A stretch of 64,000 nt of DNA, taken from an uncultured Parachlamydiaceae bacterium (GTDB taxonomy: Bacteria > Chlamydiota > Chlamydiia > Chlamydiales > Parachlamydiaceae). Location: contig CAVVXH010000015.1 in assembly GCA_963752155.1 (NCBI GenBank), positions 64,001 through 128,000 of the forward strand, read 5' to 3'. Positions 1 through 10,161 of this stretch are shown piece by piece. The notes below the pieces were generated by a model. That model worked only from the letters and a program-made list of their open reading frames with translations. It made no database searches and was not told the origin of the DNA. Within the stretch, counting starts at the first letter, position 1, and each line of letters opens with the position of its first letter. Both the position numbers and the translations under genes were made by a program.

Positions 1-299
1 TCACGAACTATTGCTATCGTCTCGTCTATATTCTTCTCAATTCGGAGTGCATTTAAAGTTCTGTGCATTAAAATACGAGTATTCTTAGCTAGTTTTGGAT
101 TAGAATCTCTGATTCGATCTTTCCAACTATCTAAGGTACTCATTTGTTGATCCGATGAGATCTTATTTAATAATATTTTAAGAGCACATTCCGTAGATTC
201 AAGATCTATATCCCCATCGTTAATGTACCTATCTAAAGCTTTAACAGAATCCTCAGTCACAGGATTGTTAAAAAAATTAGATATTGCATCTGCATGCAT
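1..299 (-). CDS. Array family-1 small membrane protein, 3' end truncated by window edge
   Basis: Not in the ORF track. Reverse strand from ATG at 299 reads MHADAISNFFNNPVTEDSVKALDRYINDGDIDLESTECALKILLNKISSDQQMSTLDSWKDRIRDSNPK..., near-identical to 981..1412. Preceded by the shared GGAGG leader. Confidence 0.85.
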   Translation of the reverse strand, partial: MHADAISNFFNNPVTEDSVKALDRYINDGDIDLESTECALKILLNKISSDQQMSTLDSWKDRIRDSNPKLAKNTRILMHRTLNALRIEKNIDETIAIVR

Positions 300-417
300 A
301 AAAAGCCTCCATATATTGAAATTTTTGCGTCAACTTACTCAAAACTCTATAAACTCTATTGAATCGAGATTCCACCTACTCGTCCAAACCTCATTAAGTC
401 TAGAACTATATTTTTAA

Positions 418-861
418 TTACTTTGTCGAAAATCTCTGATCATAGAGATAAGATGCCCCGCATACGAAAAACAAAAAAAATACTACTAAGCGGCCGACTT
501 TTATTATAGTCGCATTCATTACTTCATTACTTCTTATTATACCTTTTGCATGAGCTACTACTTTACGAACTATTGCTCTCGTCTCGTCTATCTTCTTCTC
601 AAATCGGATTGCATCTAAAGCTCTGTACATTAATTCACAAGTCTCTATAGTTGGTTTTGGATTAGAATCTCTGATTCGACCTGTCCAACTCTCTAGAGTA
701 TTCACTCCTTGATTCAATGGGATCGGTTTTAATAATAATTCAAGAGCAGATTGTATAGATTTACTATCCATATTCTTTTCTTGAATGTAACTATCTAAAG
801 CACGAACAGAATCCTCAGTCACAGGATTGTTAAAAAAATTAAATATTGCATCTGCATTCAC
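418..861 (-). CDS. Array family-1 protein with single C-terminal TM segment (Inc/effector-like, function unknown)
   Basis: ORF with shared DAI.NFFNNPVT N-terminus and hydrophobic VVFFLFFV tail; GGAGG RBS upstream. Confidence 0.85.
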   Translation of the reverse strand: MNADAIFNFFNNPVTEDSVRALDSYIQEKNMDSKSIQSALELLLKPIPLNQGVNTLESWTGRIRDSNPKPTIETCELMYRALDAIRFEKKIDETRAIVRKVVAHAKGIIRSNEVMNATIIKVGRLVVFFLFFVCGASYLYDQRFSTK

Positions 862-980
862 GAAAAGCCTCCATATATTGATAATTTTTGCGTCAACTTA
901 CTCAAAACTCTATAAACTCTATTGAATCGAGATTCCACCTACTCGTCCAAACCTCATTAAGTCTAGAACTATATTTTTAA

Positions 981-1412
981 TTACCTTGTCGAAAATCTCT
1001 GATCAAAGAGATAAGATGCCCCGCATACGAAAAACAAAAAAAATACTACTAAGCCTCCGACTTTTATTATAGTCGCATTCATTGCTAAATTACTTTTTAT
1101 TATATCATTTGTAGCATTTGTGTGATTACTTATTTCTGTTATATTCTTCTCAATTCGGATTGCATTTAAAGCTGTGTACATTAAAAAACGAGTATCCTTA
1201 GCTGGTTTTGGATTAGAATCTCTGATTCGATCTTTCCAACTATCTAAGGTACTCATTTGTTGATCCGATGAGATCTTATTTAATAATATTTTAAGAGCAC
1301 ATTCCGTAGATTCAAGATCTATATCCCCATCGTTAATGTACCTATCTAAAGCTTTAACAGAATCCCCGGTCACCAGGTTGTTAAAGAAATTATATATTGC
1401 ATCTGCATGCAT
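981..1412 (-). CDS. Array family-1 protein with C-terminal TM segment
   Basis: Paralogue of neighbours; same leader and RBS. Confidence 0.85.
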   Translation of the reverse strand: MHADAIYNFFNNLVTGDSVKALDRYINDGDIDLESTECALKILLNKISSDQQMSTLDSWKDRIRDSNPKPAKDTRFLMYTALNAIRIEKNITEISNHTNATNDIIKSNLAMNATIIKVGGLVVFFLFFVCGASYLFDQRFSTR

Positions 1413-1460
1413 AAAAAGCCTCCATATATTGATAATTTTTACGTCAACTTACTCAAAACT

Positions 1461-1976
1461 CTATTGAATCGAGATTCCACCTACTCGTCCAAACCTCATT
1501 AGGACTAGATCTATATTCTTAATTGCATTGTCGAAAATCCTGATCATAAACCCTTTGGATTTCGAGATAACATGCCCCGCATATGCAACACACAAAAAAA
1601 ATGCTACTAAGCCCGCGACTTTTATTATAATCGCATTCATTGCTAAATTACTTCTTATTATACCATCTATATGAGCTCTTGTTTCACGAGTTATTGCTAA
1701 CGTCTCTTCTGAACTTTTCTCAATTCGGAGTGCATTTAAAGTTGTGTGCATTAAATTACGAGTATACTTAACTGGTTTTGGATTAGAATCTCTGATTCGA
1801 TCTTTCCAACTCTTTAAGGTACTCGTTTGTTGATCCGAGGAGATCTGATTTAATAATATTTTAAGAGCAGATTCCAATTGATCCGTATCCTTGCCTTCAA
1901 CGTACCCATCTAAAGCTTTAACAGAATCCTCGGTCACAGGGTTGTTAAAGAAATTATATATTGCATCTGCATTCAC
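1461..1976 (-). CDS. Array family-1 protein, TM plus long tail variant
   Basis: Paralogue; tail ...MRFGRVGGISIQ. Confidence 0.85.
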   Translation of the reverse strand: MNADAIYNFFNNPVTEDSVKALDGYVEGKDTDQLESALKILLNQISSDQQTSTLKSWKDRIRDSNPKPVKYTRNLMHTTLNALRIEKSSEETLAITRETRAHIDGIIRSNLAMNAIIIKVAGLVAFFLCVAYAGHVISKSKGFMIRIFDNAIKNIDLVLMRFGRVGGISIQ

Positions 1977-2033
1977 GAAAAGCCTCCATATATTGATAAT
2001 TTTTGCGTCAACTTACTCAAAACTCTATAAACT

Positions 2034-2549
2034 CTATTGAATCGAGATTCCACCTACTCGTCCAAACCTCATTAAGTCTAGAACTATATTTTTAATTACC
2101 TTGTCGAAAATCCTGATCATAACCCCTTTGGATTTCGAGATAACATAACCCGCATATGTAACAGAAAAAAAAAATGCTACTAAGCCCCCGACTTTTATTA
2201 TAGTCGCATTCATTACTTCATTACTTTTTATTATACCTTTTACATGAGCTGCTGCTTCATGAGCTACTGCATCCGCCTTGTCTGACCTTTTCCCAAGTTG
2301 GATTGCACTTATAGCTGTGTACATTGAATTACGAATCTTCGCAACTGGTTGTGGATTAGAATCTGTGATTCGATCTTCCCAACTCTTTAAGGTACTCGTT
2401 TGTTGATCCGATGAGATCTGATTTAATAATATTCTAAAAGCAAATTCCAATTGTTTCGTATCCTTGCCTTTAATGTACCCCTCTAAAGCTTTAACAGAAT
2501 CCTCGGTCACAGGGTTGTTAAAGAAATTATATATTGCATCTACATTCAC
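2034..2549 (-). CDS. Array family-1 protein, TM plus long tail variant
   Basis: Paralogue; same leader. Confidence 0.85.
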   Translation of the reverse strand: MNVDAIYNFFNNPVTEDSVKALEGYIKGKDTKQLEFAFRILLNQISSDQQTSTLKSWEDRITDSNPQPVAKIRNSMYTAISAIQLGKRSDKADAVAHEAAAHVKGIIKSNEVMNATIIKVGGLVAFFFSVTYAGYVISKSKGVMIRIFDKVIKNIVLDLMRFGRVGGISIQ

Positions 2550-2658
2550 GAAAAGCCTCCATATATTGATAATTTTTGCGTTAACTTACTCAAAACTTTA
2601 TTGAATTAAGATTCCACCAGCCGTCCAAATTAAGCCTAAATCTATATTTTCAATTACC

Positions 2659-3159
2659 TTATCTAAGGTCCTGATTATAAGGTTTGCGTAATAGGCATGC
2701 CCAAGAGACGAAATACAAAAAAAATGCTACGAAGGTTACAACTTTTAATGAAGTCGCCCTAGTTATGACATTTCTTTTTGTTACATCTGTTGTTGTGTTA
2801 TCCACCTTTGTCTCTAGCTCTGTTATTTTTTTCTCTAACAGATTTCTCCTTATACGTTCTTTTGCAAGCATAGCACCCTTTACAAGCTCTTTTCGTGATT
2901 CACTGCTTATACTCGGATTGTTACTTAACTTTATGATCCAACCATTGATAACTTCCTTCTGGTTAGAATTTTCTCCCAACTGTTTGGCAAGATTTTCAAA
3001 ATCTGAAATAATTATGGCTAAATCATTTTGTTCAACATAGTCAGCGATGCCCAGAGCATTGACAACCATATCTTTTTCTTCAATATCGCTAGCGACGTGC
3101 TGAGTATTAACAGATGAGTAGTCAAGTAGTTTTCCTAATAGTTGTTGCAAAGGTTGCAT
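2659..3159 (-). CDS. Array family-2 protein (MQP.QQLL N-terminus, coiled coil, C-terminal TM)
   Basis: Paralogous to 6267..6773 and 10966..11427; shares the KVV..VAFF TM module with family 1; AAGGAG RBS. Confidence 0.85.
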   Translation of the reverse strand: MQPLQQLLGKLLDYSSVNTQHVASDIEEKDMVVNALGIADYVEQNDLAIIISDFENLAKQLGENSNQKEVINGWIIKLSNNPSISSESRKELVKGAMLAKERIRRNLLEKKITELETKVDNTTTDVTKRNVITRATSLKVVTFVAFFLYFVSWACLLRKPYNQDLR

Positions 3160-3714
3160 AAAAATCTCCTTTGATGATTATTTTCTTTGGAAAAATTTGT
3201 AACACTGCATGCCTACGCATTATTGCGTTCCATATACATCCATATTATTATTTTTTCTAATGATAACAGAAGGCAATTTTTTTTTCAACAGTTATGTTAA
3301 AGCAAAGTGTTTCTGGCTGGAACAAGAAGTGTCATAGGAATAGGTATATGGAACAAAATGAGCCTAGAAGCAAAGATAGCTGCAACCACCTGTGGTATTG
3401 GGTGTCTTGCTTGGGCGTAAACTTATCTGTGCTAACGACCCCTTGCGCAATTTATTCATCGAAGATTGGCGCAGAGCTAGGTGTACAGAACTATTCAAAG
3501 CAGCTACAAAAAGATAAATAGAAAATAAAACAGGCCAATTTTTTAGTTCATTATTGTGAGCTCTTCATTGAATTTACAAATTTGATACAATGTACAAATT
3601 TGCTGGTGTGGTTAAAATTAAGCAGAAAATGGGGTCACTATTCTATTTAGTCCCCATTTGCAGCAAATGGGGACTAACTGTATAGCCACAGTATTTCTTC
3701 AACAAATGCGCTTT

Positions 3715-4428
3715 TTAGATCTTGGTTTTTTCTCCTGAAGCAAAATTGCAAACCCCTTCTAAATCTACTATAGCTTTCCCTACTCCCTGTCGAGCTGCAA
3801 CCACAGCAGAACCTACAATACTTCCTGTAGCAGAGCCACCATCTCCTGTAGCAGGGCCTACACCTCCTATTGTGAACGGAATAGTCGGTATTGACAAATT
3901 CGCCCGTTGGATCCAGGTTTTTTCTCCTATGGCACGATTGCCAACCTCTTCTACACCTACGATAGCTCCTTCTACCCCAAGCCCACAGGCAGCTCCTTGT
4001 CCAACTGCAGCAAAAGTAAAGCTACCCACCGCCAGAGGAAATGCAATAATTCCTGTTATGATTGAAGCAATCGCCGTTGTGCCAAGTATCGTTCTGGCAG
4101 TAGTCTGTGACAATGATTCCATCTTTAATTCAGCATTTTGCGCTACTAGATTCGCCAAGAATAAACCCTTCTCAAATCGGAGTGCATCTAAAGCGCTGTA
4201 CATTAATTCACAAGTCTTTGGTTTTGGATTAGAATCTCTGATTCGACCTGTCCAACTCTCTAGAGTATTCACTCCTTGATTCAATGGGATCGGTTTTAAT
4301 AATAATTCAAGAGCAGATTTTATAGATTTACTATCCATATTCTTTTCTTGAATGTAACTATCTAAAGCACGAACAGAATCCCCGGTCACAGGGTTGTTAA
4401 AGAAATTATATATTGCATCTGCTTGCAT
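3715..4428 (-). CDS. Array family-1 protein with long Gly/Ala-rich hydrophobic C-terminal module (Inc-like or glycine-zipper)
   Basis: Family-1 N-terminus fused to a ~45 aa hydrophobic stretch containing GSFTFAAVGQGAACGLGV. Confidence 0.85.
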   Translation of the reverse strand: MQADAIYNFFNNPVTGDSVRALDSYIQEKNMDSKSIKSALELLLKPIPLNQGVNTLESWTGRIRDSNPKPKTCELMYSALDALRFEKGLFLANLVAQNAELKMESLSQTTARTILGTTAIASIITGIIAFPLAVGSFTFAAVGQGAACGLGVEGAIVGVEEVGNRAIGEKTWIQRANLSIPTIPFTIGGVGPATGDGGSATGSIVGSAVVAARQGVGKAIVDLEGVCNFASGEKTKI

Positions 4429-4468
4429 AAAAAGCCTCCATATATTGATAATTTTTGCGTTAACTTAC

Positions 4469-5008
4469 TCAAAACTCTATTGAATCGAGATTCCACCAGA
4501 TTCCACCTACCCGTCCAAACCTCATTAGGTCTAGATCTATATTTTTAATTACCTTGTCGAAAATCCTGATTATAAACCCTTTGGATTTCGAGATAACATA
4601 ACCCGCATACGTAACAGAAAAAAAAAATGCTACTAAGCCCCCGATTTTAATTATAGTCGCATTCATTACTTCATTACTTCTTATTAAACCATCTATATGA
4701 GCGTCTGCTTCATGAGCTCCTGCTTTCGCTTCGTCTATATTCTTCTCAAATCGGAGTGCATCTAAAGCTCTGTACATTAATTCACAAGTCTCTATAGTTG
4801 GTTTTGGATTAGAATCTCTGATTCGACCTGTCCAACTCTCTAGAGTATTCACTCCTTGATTCAATGGGATCGGTTTTAATAATAATTCAAGAGCAGATTG
4901 TATAGATTTACTATCCATTTTCTTTTCTTGAATGTAACTATCTAAAGCACGAACAGAATCCTCAGTCACAGGATTGTTAAAAAAATTAGATATTACATCT
5001 GCTTGCAT
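4469..5008 (-). CDS. Array family-1 protein, TM plus long tail variant
   Basis: Paralogue; tail extended by a short micro-duplication (TTCCACCAGATTCCACC near 4491). Confidence 0.85.
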   Translation of the reverse strand: MQADVISNFFNNPVTEDSVRALDSYIQEKKMDSKSIQSALELLLKPIPLNQGVNTLESWTGRIRDSNPKPTIETCELMYRALDALRFEKNIDEAKAGAHEADAHIDGLIRSNEVMNATIIKIGGLVAFFFSVTYAGYVISKSKGFIIRIFDKVIKNIDLDLMRFGRVGGIWWNLDSIEF

Positions 5009-5121
5009 AAAAAGCCTCCAAATATTGATAATTTTTGCGTTAACTTACTCAAAACTCTATTGAATCGAGATTCGAGATTCCACCTACCCATCCAAACCTC
5101 ATTAGATCTAGATCTATATTC

Positions 5122-5226
5122 AATTTGTAACATAACATAGGATCATCTCAATAGGGGTGAATATGTTTAATTTCCTCTTAACACACGAGTGTTATATTCC
5201 CCTACTTTTTCGATTGCCTTACAATA
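5122..5226 (-). pseudogene. Remnant copy of the 3' end of the patatin gene plus downstream spacer
   Basis: Closely matches 6809..6905 (gatcatctcaat...atatgtttaatttcctcttaa.acacg.gtgttata.tc.c.tactttttcgattgc). Confidence 0.75.
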
Positions 5227-5618
5227 AGTACAATATGGACAAAGCATTGCTGGCCCTTTCAATTTTTTCCCAATAACGGCTCCGATATCTGCATGCTTTC
5301 GCCTGTGTGCCTACGCATTATTGCGTTCCATATCCATCCATATTATTATTTAAGTAAATAATAACAGGAGGCAATGTTTCAATCAATATTTTTTTCGCCC
5401 GTTTTTCGCCCGTTCGCCCGTTTTTCAACAGCTTCAACAGTTTTTCAACAGTTATATTCGATCTTAAGTGATTCAATATGAATTACATAATATAATATCA
5501 CTTACCAAAGGAGATTCAAGCCGGGAGGATAATGTAAACCAAACGATACATTTACAAACGAAGACTCTCGGTACTCGCCTCTCAACAAAGATAAATCTGG
5601 AAAAACTTTTATATACTC

Positions 5619-6164
5619 CTATTTCTTTAACGCCTCTTTAATCAAGCAGTTATTTCCTCTAGCAGAATTGTAAACTGTTTCTCCGAATATCCAGGTTCCA
5701 CCTACCCCAAGCCCACAGGCAGCTCCTTGTACAACCGCAGCAAAAGTAAAGCTACCCGCCACCACAGGACCTGCAACAGCCCCTCCTATGGCAGGAAGAG
5801 TCCCCATTAAAACAAGCTGCGTTCGAGCATTTGACTTTAACGCTGATTGGGCATCTAATCTAGCTTGAAGAGCTTGTTCATTCGCGAACTTTATAGACTT
5901 GTCAAGTCGGAGTGCATCTAAAGCTCTGTACATTAATTCACAAGTATCCCTAGCTGGTTTTGGATTAGAATTTATGATTCGACCTGTCCAACTCTCTAAA
6001 GTAGTCACTACTTGATTCAATGGGATCGGTTTTAATAATAATTCAAGAGCAGATTGTATAGTTTTACTACACAGAGTCCTGTCTTGAATGTAACTATCTA
6101 AAGCACGAACAGACTCCTCAGTCACAGGATTGTTAAAAAAATTAGATATTGCATCTGCATGCAT
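5619..6164 (-). CDS. Array family-1 protein with Gly/Ala-rich hydrophobic C-terminal module
   Basis: Family-1 N-terminus; GSFTFAAVVQGAACGLGVGG. Confidence 0.85.
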   Translation of the reverse strand: MHADAISNFFNNPVTEESVRALDSYIQDRTLCSKTIQSALELLLKPIPLNQVVTTLESWTGRIINSNPKPARDTCELMYRALDALRLDKSIKFANEQALQARLDAQSALKSNARTQLVLMGTLPAIGGAVAGPVVAGSFTFAAVVQGAACGLGVGGTWIFGETVYNSARGNNCLIKEALKK

Positions 6165-6266
6165 AAAAAGCCTCCATATATTGATAATTTTTGCGTTAAC
6201 TTACTCAAAACTCTATTGAATTGAGATTCCACCTAACCGTCCAAACCTCATTAGGTCTAGATCTTC

Positions 6267-6773
6267 TTAATTGCCATGCCGAAAATCCTGATCATAAATC
6301 CCTTGGATTGCGAGATAGGCGTACCCAGCATACGTAACACAAAAAAAAAATGCTACTAAGCCTACGACTTTTAATGTAGTCGCATTCATTGCGATATTTG
6401 TTTTTGTTATATCATTTGTCATATTTGCATTTTTACTTATTTCTGTTAATTTTTCATTTAACTGAATTTGTTTTTTTGCAAACTTAGCACCCTTTATAAG
6501 CTCATCTCGTGATTTAATACTTATACTCTGACTGTTACGTAACTTTGTGATGCAACCATTGATAACCTCTTCCTGGTTGGAATTTTTCCCCGCCTGCTTA
6601 GCAAGAGCTTCAAAATCTGAACCAATTAAGGCTGTACCATTTTGTTCAACATAGTCAGCGATAGCCTGGGCATTGATAACTATATCTTTTTCTTCAACAT
6701 CGCTAGCGACATCATGAGTATTAACAGATGAGTTGCCAAATAGTTTCCATAATAGTTGTTGTGTTGGTTGCAT
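6267..6773 (-). CDS. Array family-2 protein
   Basis: Start moved to ATG 6773 (MQPTQQLL) by homology to 3159 and the AAGGAG RBS. Confidence 0.85.
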   Translation of the reverse strand: MQPTQQLLWKLFGNSSVNTHDVASDVEEKDIVINAQAIADYVEQNGTALIGSDFEALAKQAGKNSNQEEVINGCITKLRNSQSISIKSRDELIKGAKFAKKQIQLNEKLTEISKNANMTNDITKTNIAMNATTLKVVGLVAFFFCVTYAGYAYLAIQGIYDQDFRHGN

Positions 6774-6846
6774 AAAATCTCCTTTGATAATTATTTTCTT
6801 TGTAAAAATTTGTAACATAGGGTCATCTCAATGGAGATGAATATGT

Positions 6847-9800
6847 TTAATTTCCTCTTAATACACGGGTGTTATACTCGCTTACTTTTTCGATTGCTTC
6901 ACAATTGGAAAATTTAGATAATTCTATAGCCATTTTAAATAATAAATCAATAATAGGGAATGCAAGATGGGTATTACCATAATGTTTTTGGCAAAGCATG
7001 AGCGATTGATTAAAAAACTCTTCTGCTTTTTTGAAGACGATCAGAAAATTTTCTTGGTGGAAAGGTATCTGAATCTCTCGTACATCAAGCGAGAAGGGGA
7101 CATTACTATTTAAAAACAACTTGCGAAGTTGCCCTAAGGCCTTGGGATATGCTTCATGAAAAGAAGAAACTCTTTCATAAATACGGCTAACTTCGCTAAA
7201 TGAACGGTTCAATTTTTTTTGAAGATCAATTTCTAAATGATTTTTCAAAGGATTTCTCTTTATTGTATGCGCTTGTGATAGCCATAAAATGGCTCCATCC
7301 CAAGTACGATTGTCATGTTCTTCAAACAATTCTCCCTGCCGACAGGCTAAATGAAATGCTTTTACATAACTATTAGATAGATCAATCCCACCTGATTGAT
7401 TGATTACATCTTTCAGTCTTGTAGCTAAGGGAATAGAAAAAGTTTTTGTACTGGAATCGTAATCAACAAAACCATTGTTGCAAAAAATACGCAACCCCTT
7501 ACGAGATTCTTTTTGCAACTTGATCCCGCACAATTTTTCTTCGAATTCAAAATAATCTTTAACCCATTTTTCTGGAATACGTAACGGATTCAAGTGCAAA
7601 CAGGTGAGAAGCAGATTAAAAACGATCGGGTTTGTTTCTTTCAGATTTGCTAAACGGAGGTCCCAACGCTGCCCTAGACTTAATACATCTCTACAAGGTG
7701 CATTCAAAGGACGAAATAAATCCTCAATTGCTTTCTTCCCTGAAGTAATCAAACCCTGCTGTCCTTCTAGTGATAAATCAAAATCTAAAAGCGTTACACC
7801 ATTATTCGATATTTTGGCCACTCGACTTATAGCTTGCAGACTTTGATGCTCCTTACGGATCAGCTGTTCAGAATCATAATAGACCTGGATTAATCCTCCA
7901 AGAAGATCTCTTAAACTATCTATATTTTTATTTGGTACCATGAGATTCTGCTGAGGGGAGGTTAAACTTAAACCCAAAGTTCTTCGATTAAACACTGGGC
8001 CATCCTCTTCACCTAAAGTTAGCCCTCTATACCGTTTGTGGTCAAAGGCTTCGATCGGTAAATTATAAAGTAAACCTCCATCAATGAAAGAACCATGTTC
8101 CTCTGCTTTTATTCTTTGACCTCTTGTTTTAAAATGAAGAATATGGGGTTTAAATACTAAAGGAATAGACATCGAACACCGTACAGCATCAGAGATAATA
8201 AGATTATCCCATTTTTCTTCTTCTGAATTGAAACGATAAATCCCTAATTCAGTTCCAATATTAATAGAAAACAGATGCAAATGTTTGTAAGGTTTTCCCT
8301 TTTCAATTAATTTTCTTAATTCACCAAAGGTACAATATGGAACCCCAGTTTTCATTGCAATCACTTCTTCTATCCATTCTCTGAATACTTCTCCTGCACA
8401 AATTCCAGTAGTCATTTTAATGCCAGATAGTAAATCACCATTATTTCCAAAGATTTTCCCTTTAGCTTTATCAGCTATTATCTTTCCTGCTAAAAGTGGA
8501 ACATTTTTTATATCCGATAGCCGGCCTGACAAATTATTTATTAATTCTTTTAATTTCTGCAAAGTAATGGGGCCATCACCTAGACGACTTTTTATGATAG
8601 GATAGTTGAGAAGATTGGTTACTGAACTAGGCAAAGAAACATCTAAAAGAAGCTCCACCAAAGAATTCTCTTGGAGTAACTTTTGGATTTCAGCAGCGGT
8701 ATGGCCACAGGAAAGAAAAGCTGCCATGATAGCACCAGCTGAAGTTCCAGCCACTCTCCGAAGCATCTTTAAAGCACCTAGCCGTTCCAGTTCACCAATT
8801 GCACCGATATGTGCAATCCCGGTTGGACCTCCCCCTTGAATGACTAAATTGATAGGTGGAAAATAAGCAAAATTAATGGCTCCCTTCTCTTTGGATGTGA
8901 CTTCATCAGCAATTCCATGAAGAAAAATTTGAACTTCCCTATTTAGAGCCAAAGCGTGAGGCTTCTCCCGATGTCTATTTTCAATTTGCAACAGATCGGG
9001 ATCAAGAATGATTAAGAGTTGAATGATTTCCATCACACCTTTTCTGGCTGCTAAATGTAAAGCAGTATTGCCCTCATCATCAACACTCCTGAGGTTTGCT
9101 CCCCTTTGATAAAGCAATAACAATGCACTGTAAGAACCTTTTGAAGCCGCTAAGAGAAGGGGTGTTTTTCCCTCAGAATTTCTATCCTCAAGAAGAGGAT
9201 GAGTATGATCATGGTACTCTGCCAAAAGGTGATCCAACATCTGCAACTGATCAAATTGAATCGCGACATGGAGGAGATTGCCAGCTGATTGAAGTATATG
9301 ATTCCATACCACACCACCCTTACAAGCAGCTAGAACGTCAAAGCACTGTATCTTCCCCTAACTATAGCCCATAAGAAAGGAGGCAAAGTGAGATCATTCT
9401 TCGAAGAAAAAGCTGTTTTAATAGCTTCACTGCAATTTACTAATGCATGAACCATAGAATCATTACTTGACTGAATAGCTACATGTAAGCACGTTCTCCC
9501 ATCAAGATCAAGCTGCTTTATAGACACAGTATTCTTTAAAACTGGAACAAGTTCAGGTCGATTGATTTTAGCAATAGCATGAAGAACTTGATTAAAATTT
9601 CCAGAAGATAACCAATGCCGCAAATCTTGACGTACAACGATATCTTCTACGATCTCTTTATTTAAACGTTCTAGGATAGTAAATAGAATGTTATGTCCTT
9701 TACGATCACAAAGCCCGATCAGAACATCCCCAGCTTTTTCGATTTTTTTCCAATTACGATTCCGACATGCTGTAACCACAGCCTCAAAGCAAAGTTCTCG

Positions 9801-9914
9801 TTGATTTTCAGGTCCACATTGAAGTTCAAAAATTTCAATAAGCTTAGGTAAGTTGGCATCCTCTACATCTATCTGCATCCCTTCTTCTAAGCGCCCATGT
9901 GCTATTGGTTCCAT
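6847..9914 (-). CDS. Ankyrin-repeat patatin-like phospholipase (putative secreted effector), split by one frameshift near 9355
   Basis: Ankyrin motifs (GRTCLHVAI, GKTPLLLAA, GNTALHLAA) and patatin motifs GGG..G, GTSAG, DGG. ORFs 9330..9914 and 6847..9312 join into an intact ankyrin repeat (PPFLWAIVRG/KIQCFDVL) if one base is added. Confidence 0.88.
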
Positions 9915-10161
9915 ATTCTACCTTAATATTATTGGTGTTTAAACGGATAATGGTAGAAGGCCTTTTTTCAGTCAATATTTTTTTTTGTAAGCTCTCAAAA
10001 TTCAAATGTTGAGCTCAACCAATATCTTTGCTACTTCGAAAAGCTATTTATTTTTCTTGCTCCGACTTCCATACAACCATGCAGAAAAGACAGCAATGAT
10101 CTCTAGAACGTCTTGAGAAGGCTGTTTCTAACCCCCATCAAAAATAAATTTGGGGAAATTT

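Noticed and set aside
3294..3521. 75-aa ORF within the array (also 63548..63751)
   Set aside because: Short, no recognisable motif or RBS; cannot be supported
3722..4279. 185-aa Pro/Thr-rich plus-strand ORF and other antisense ORFs (e.g. 223..417, 2684..3040, 9096..9374)
   Set aside because: Antisense shadows of better-supported genes
1..5008. Diversity-generating retroelement targets
   Set aside because: No reverse transcriptase or template repeat in the window; many invariant positions are adenines and the variation is not A-specific
300..6260. Integron cassette array with attC sites
   Set aside because: Genes are paralogues rather than unrelated cassettes; the shared spacer has no clear attC-type inverted core structure; no integrase seen
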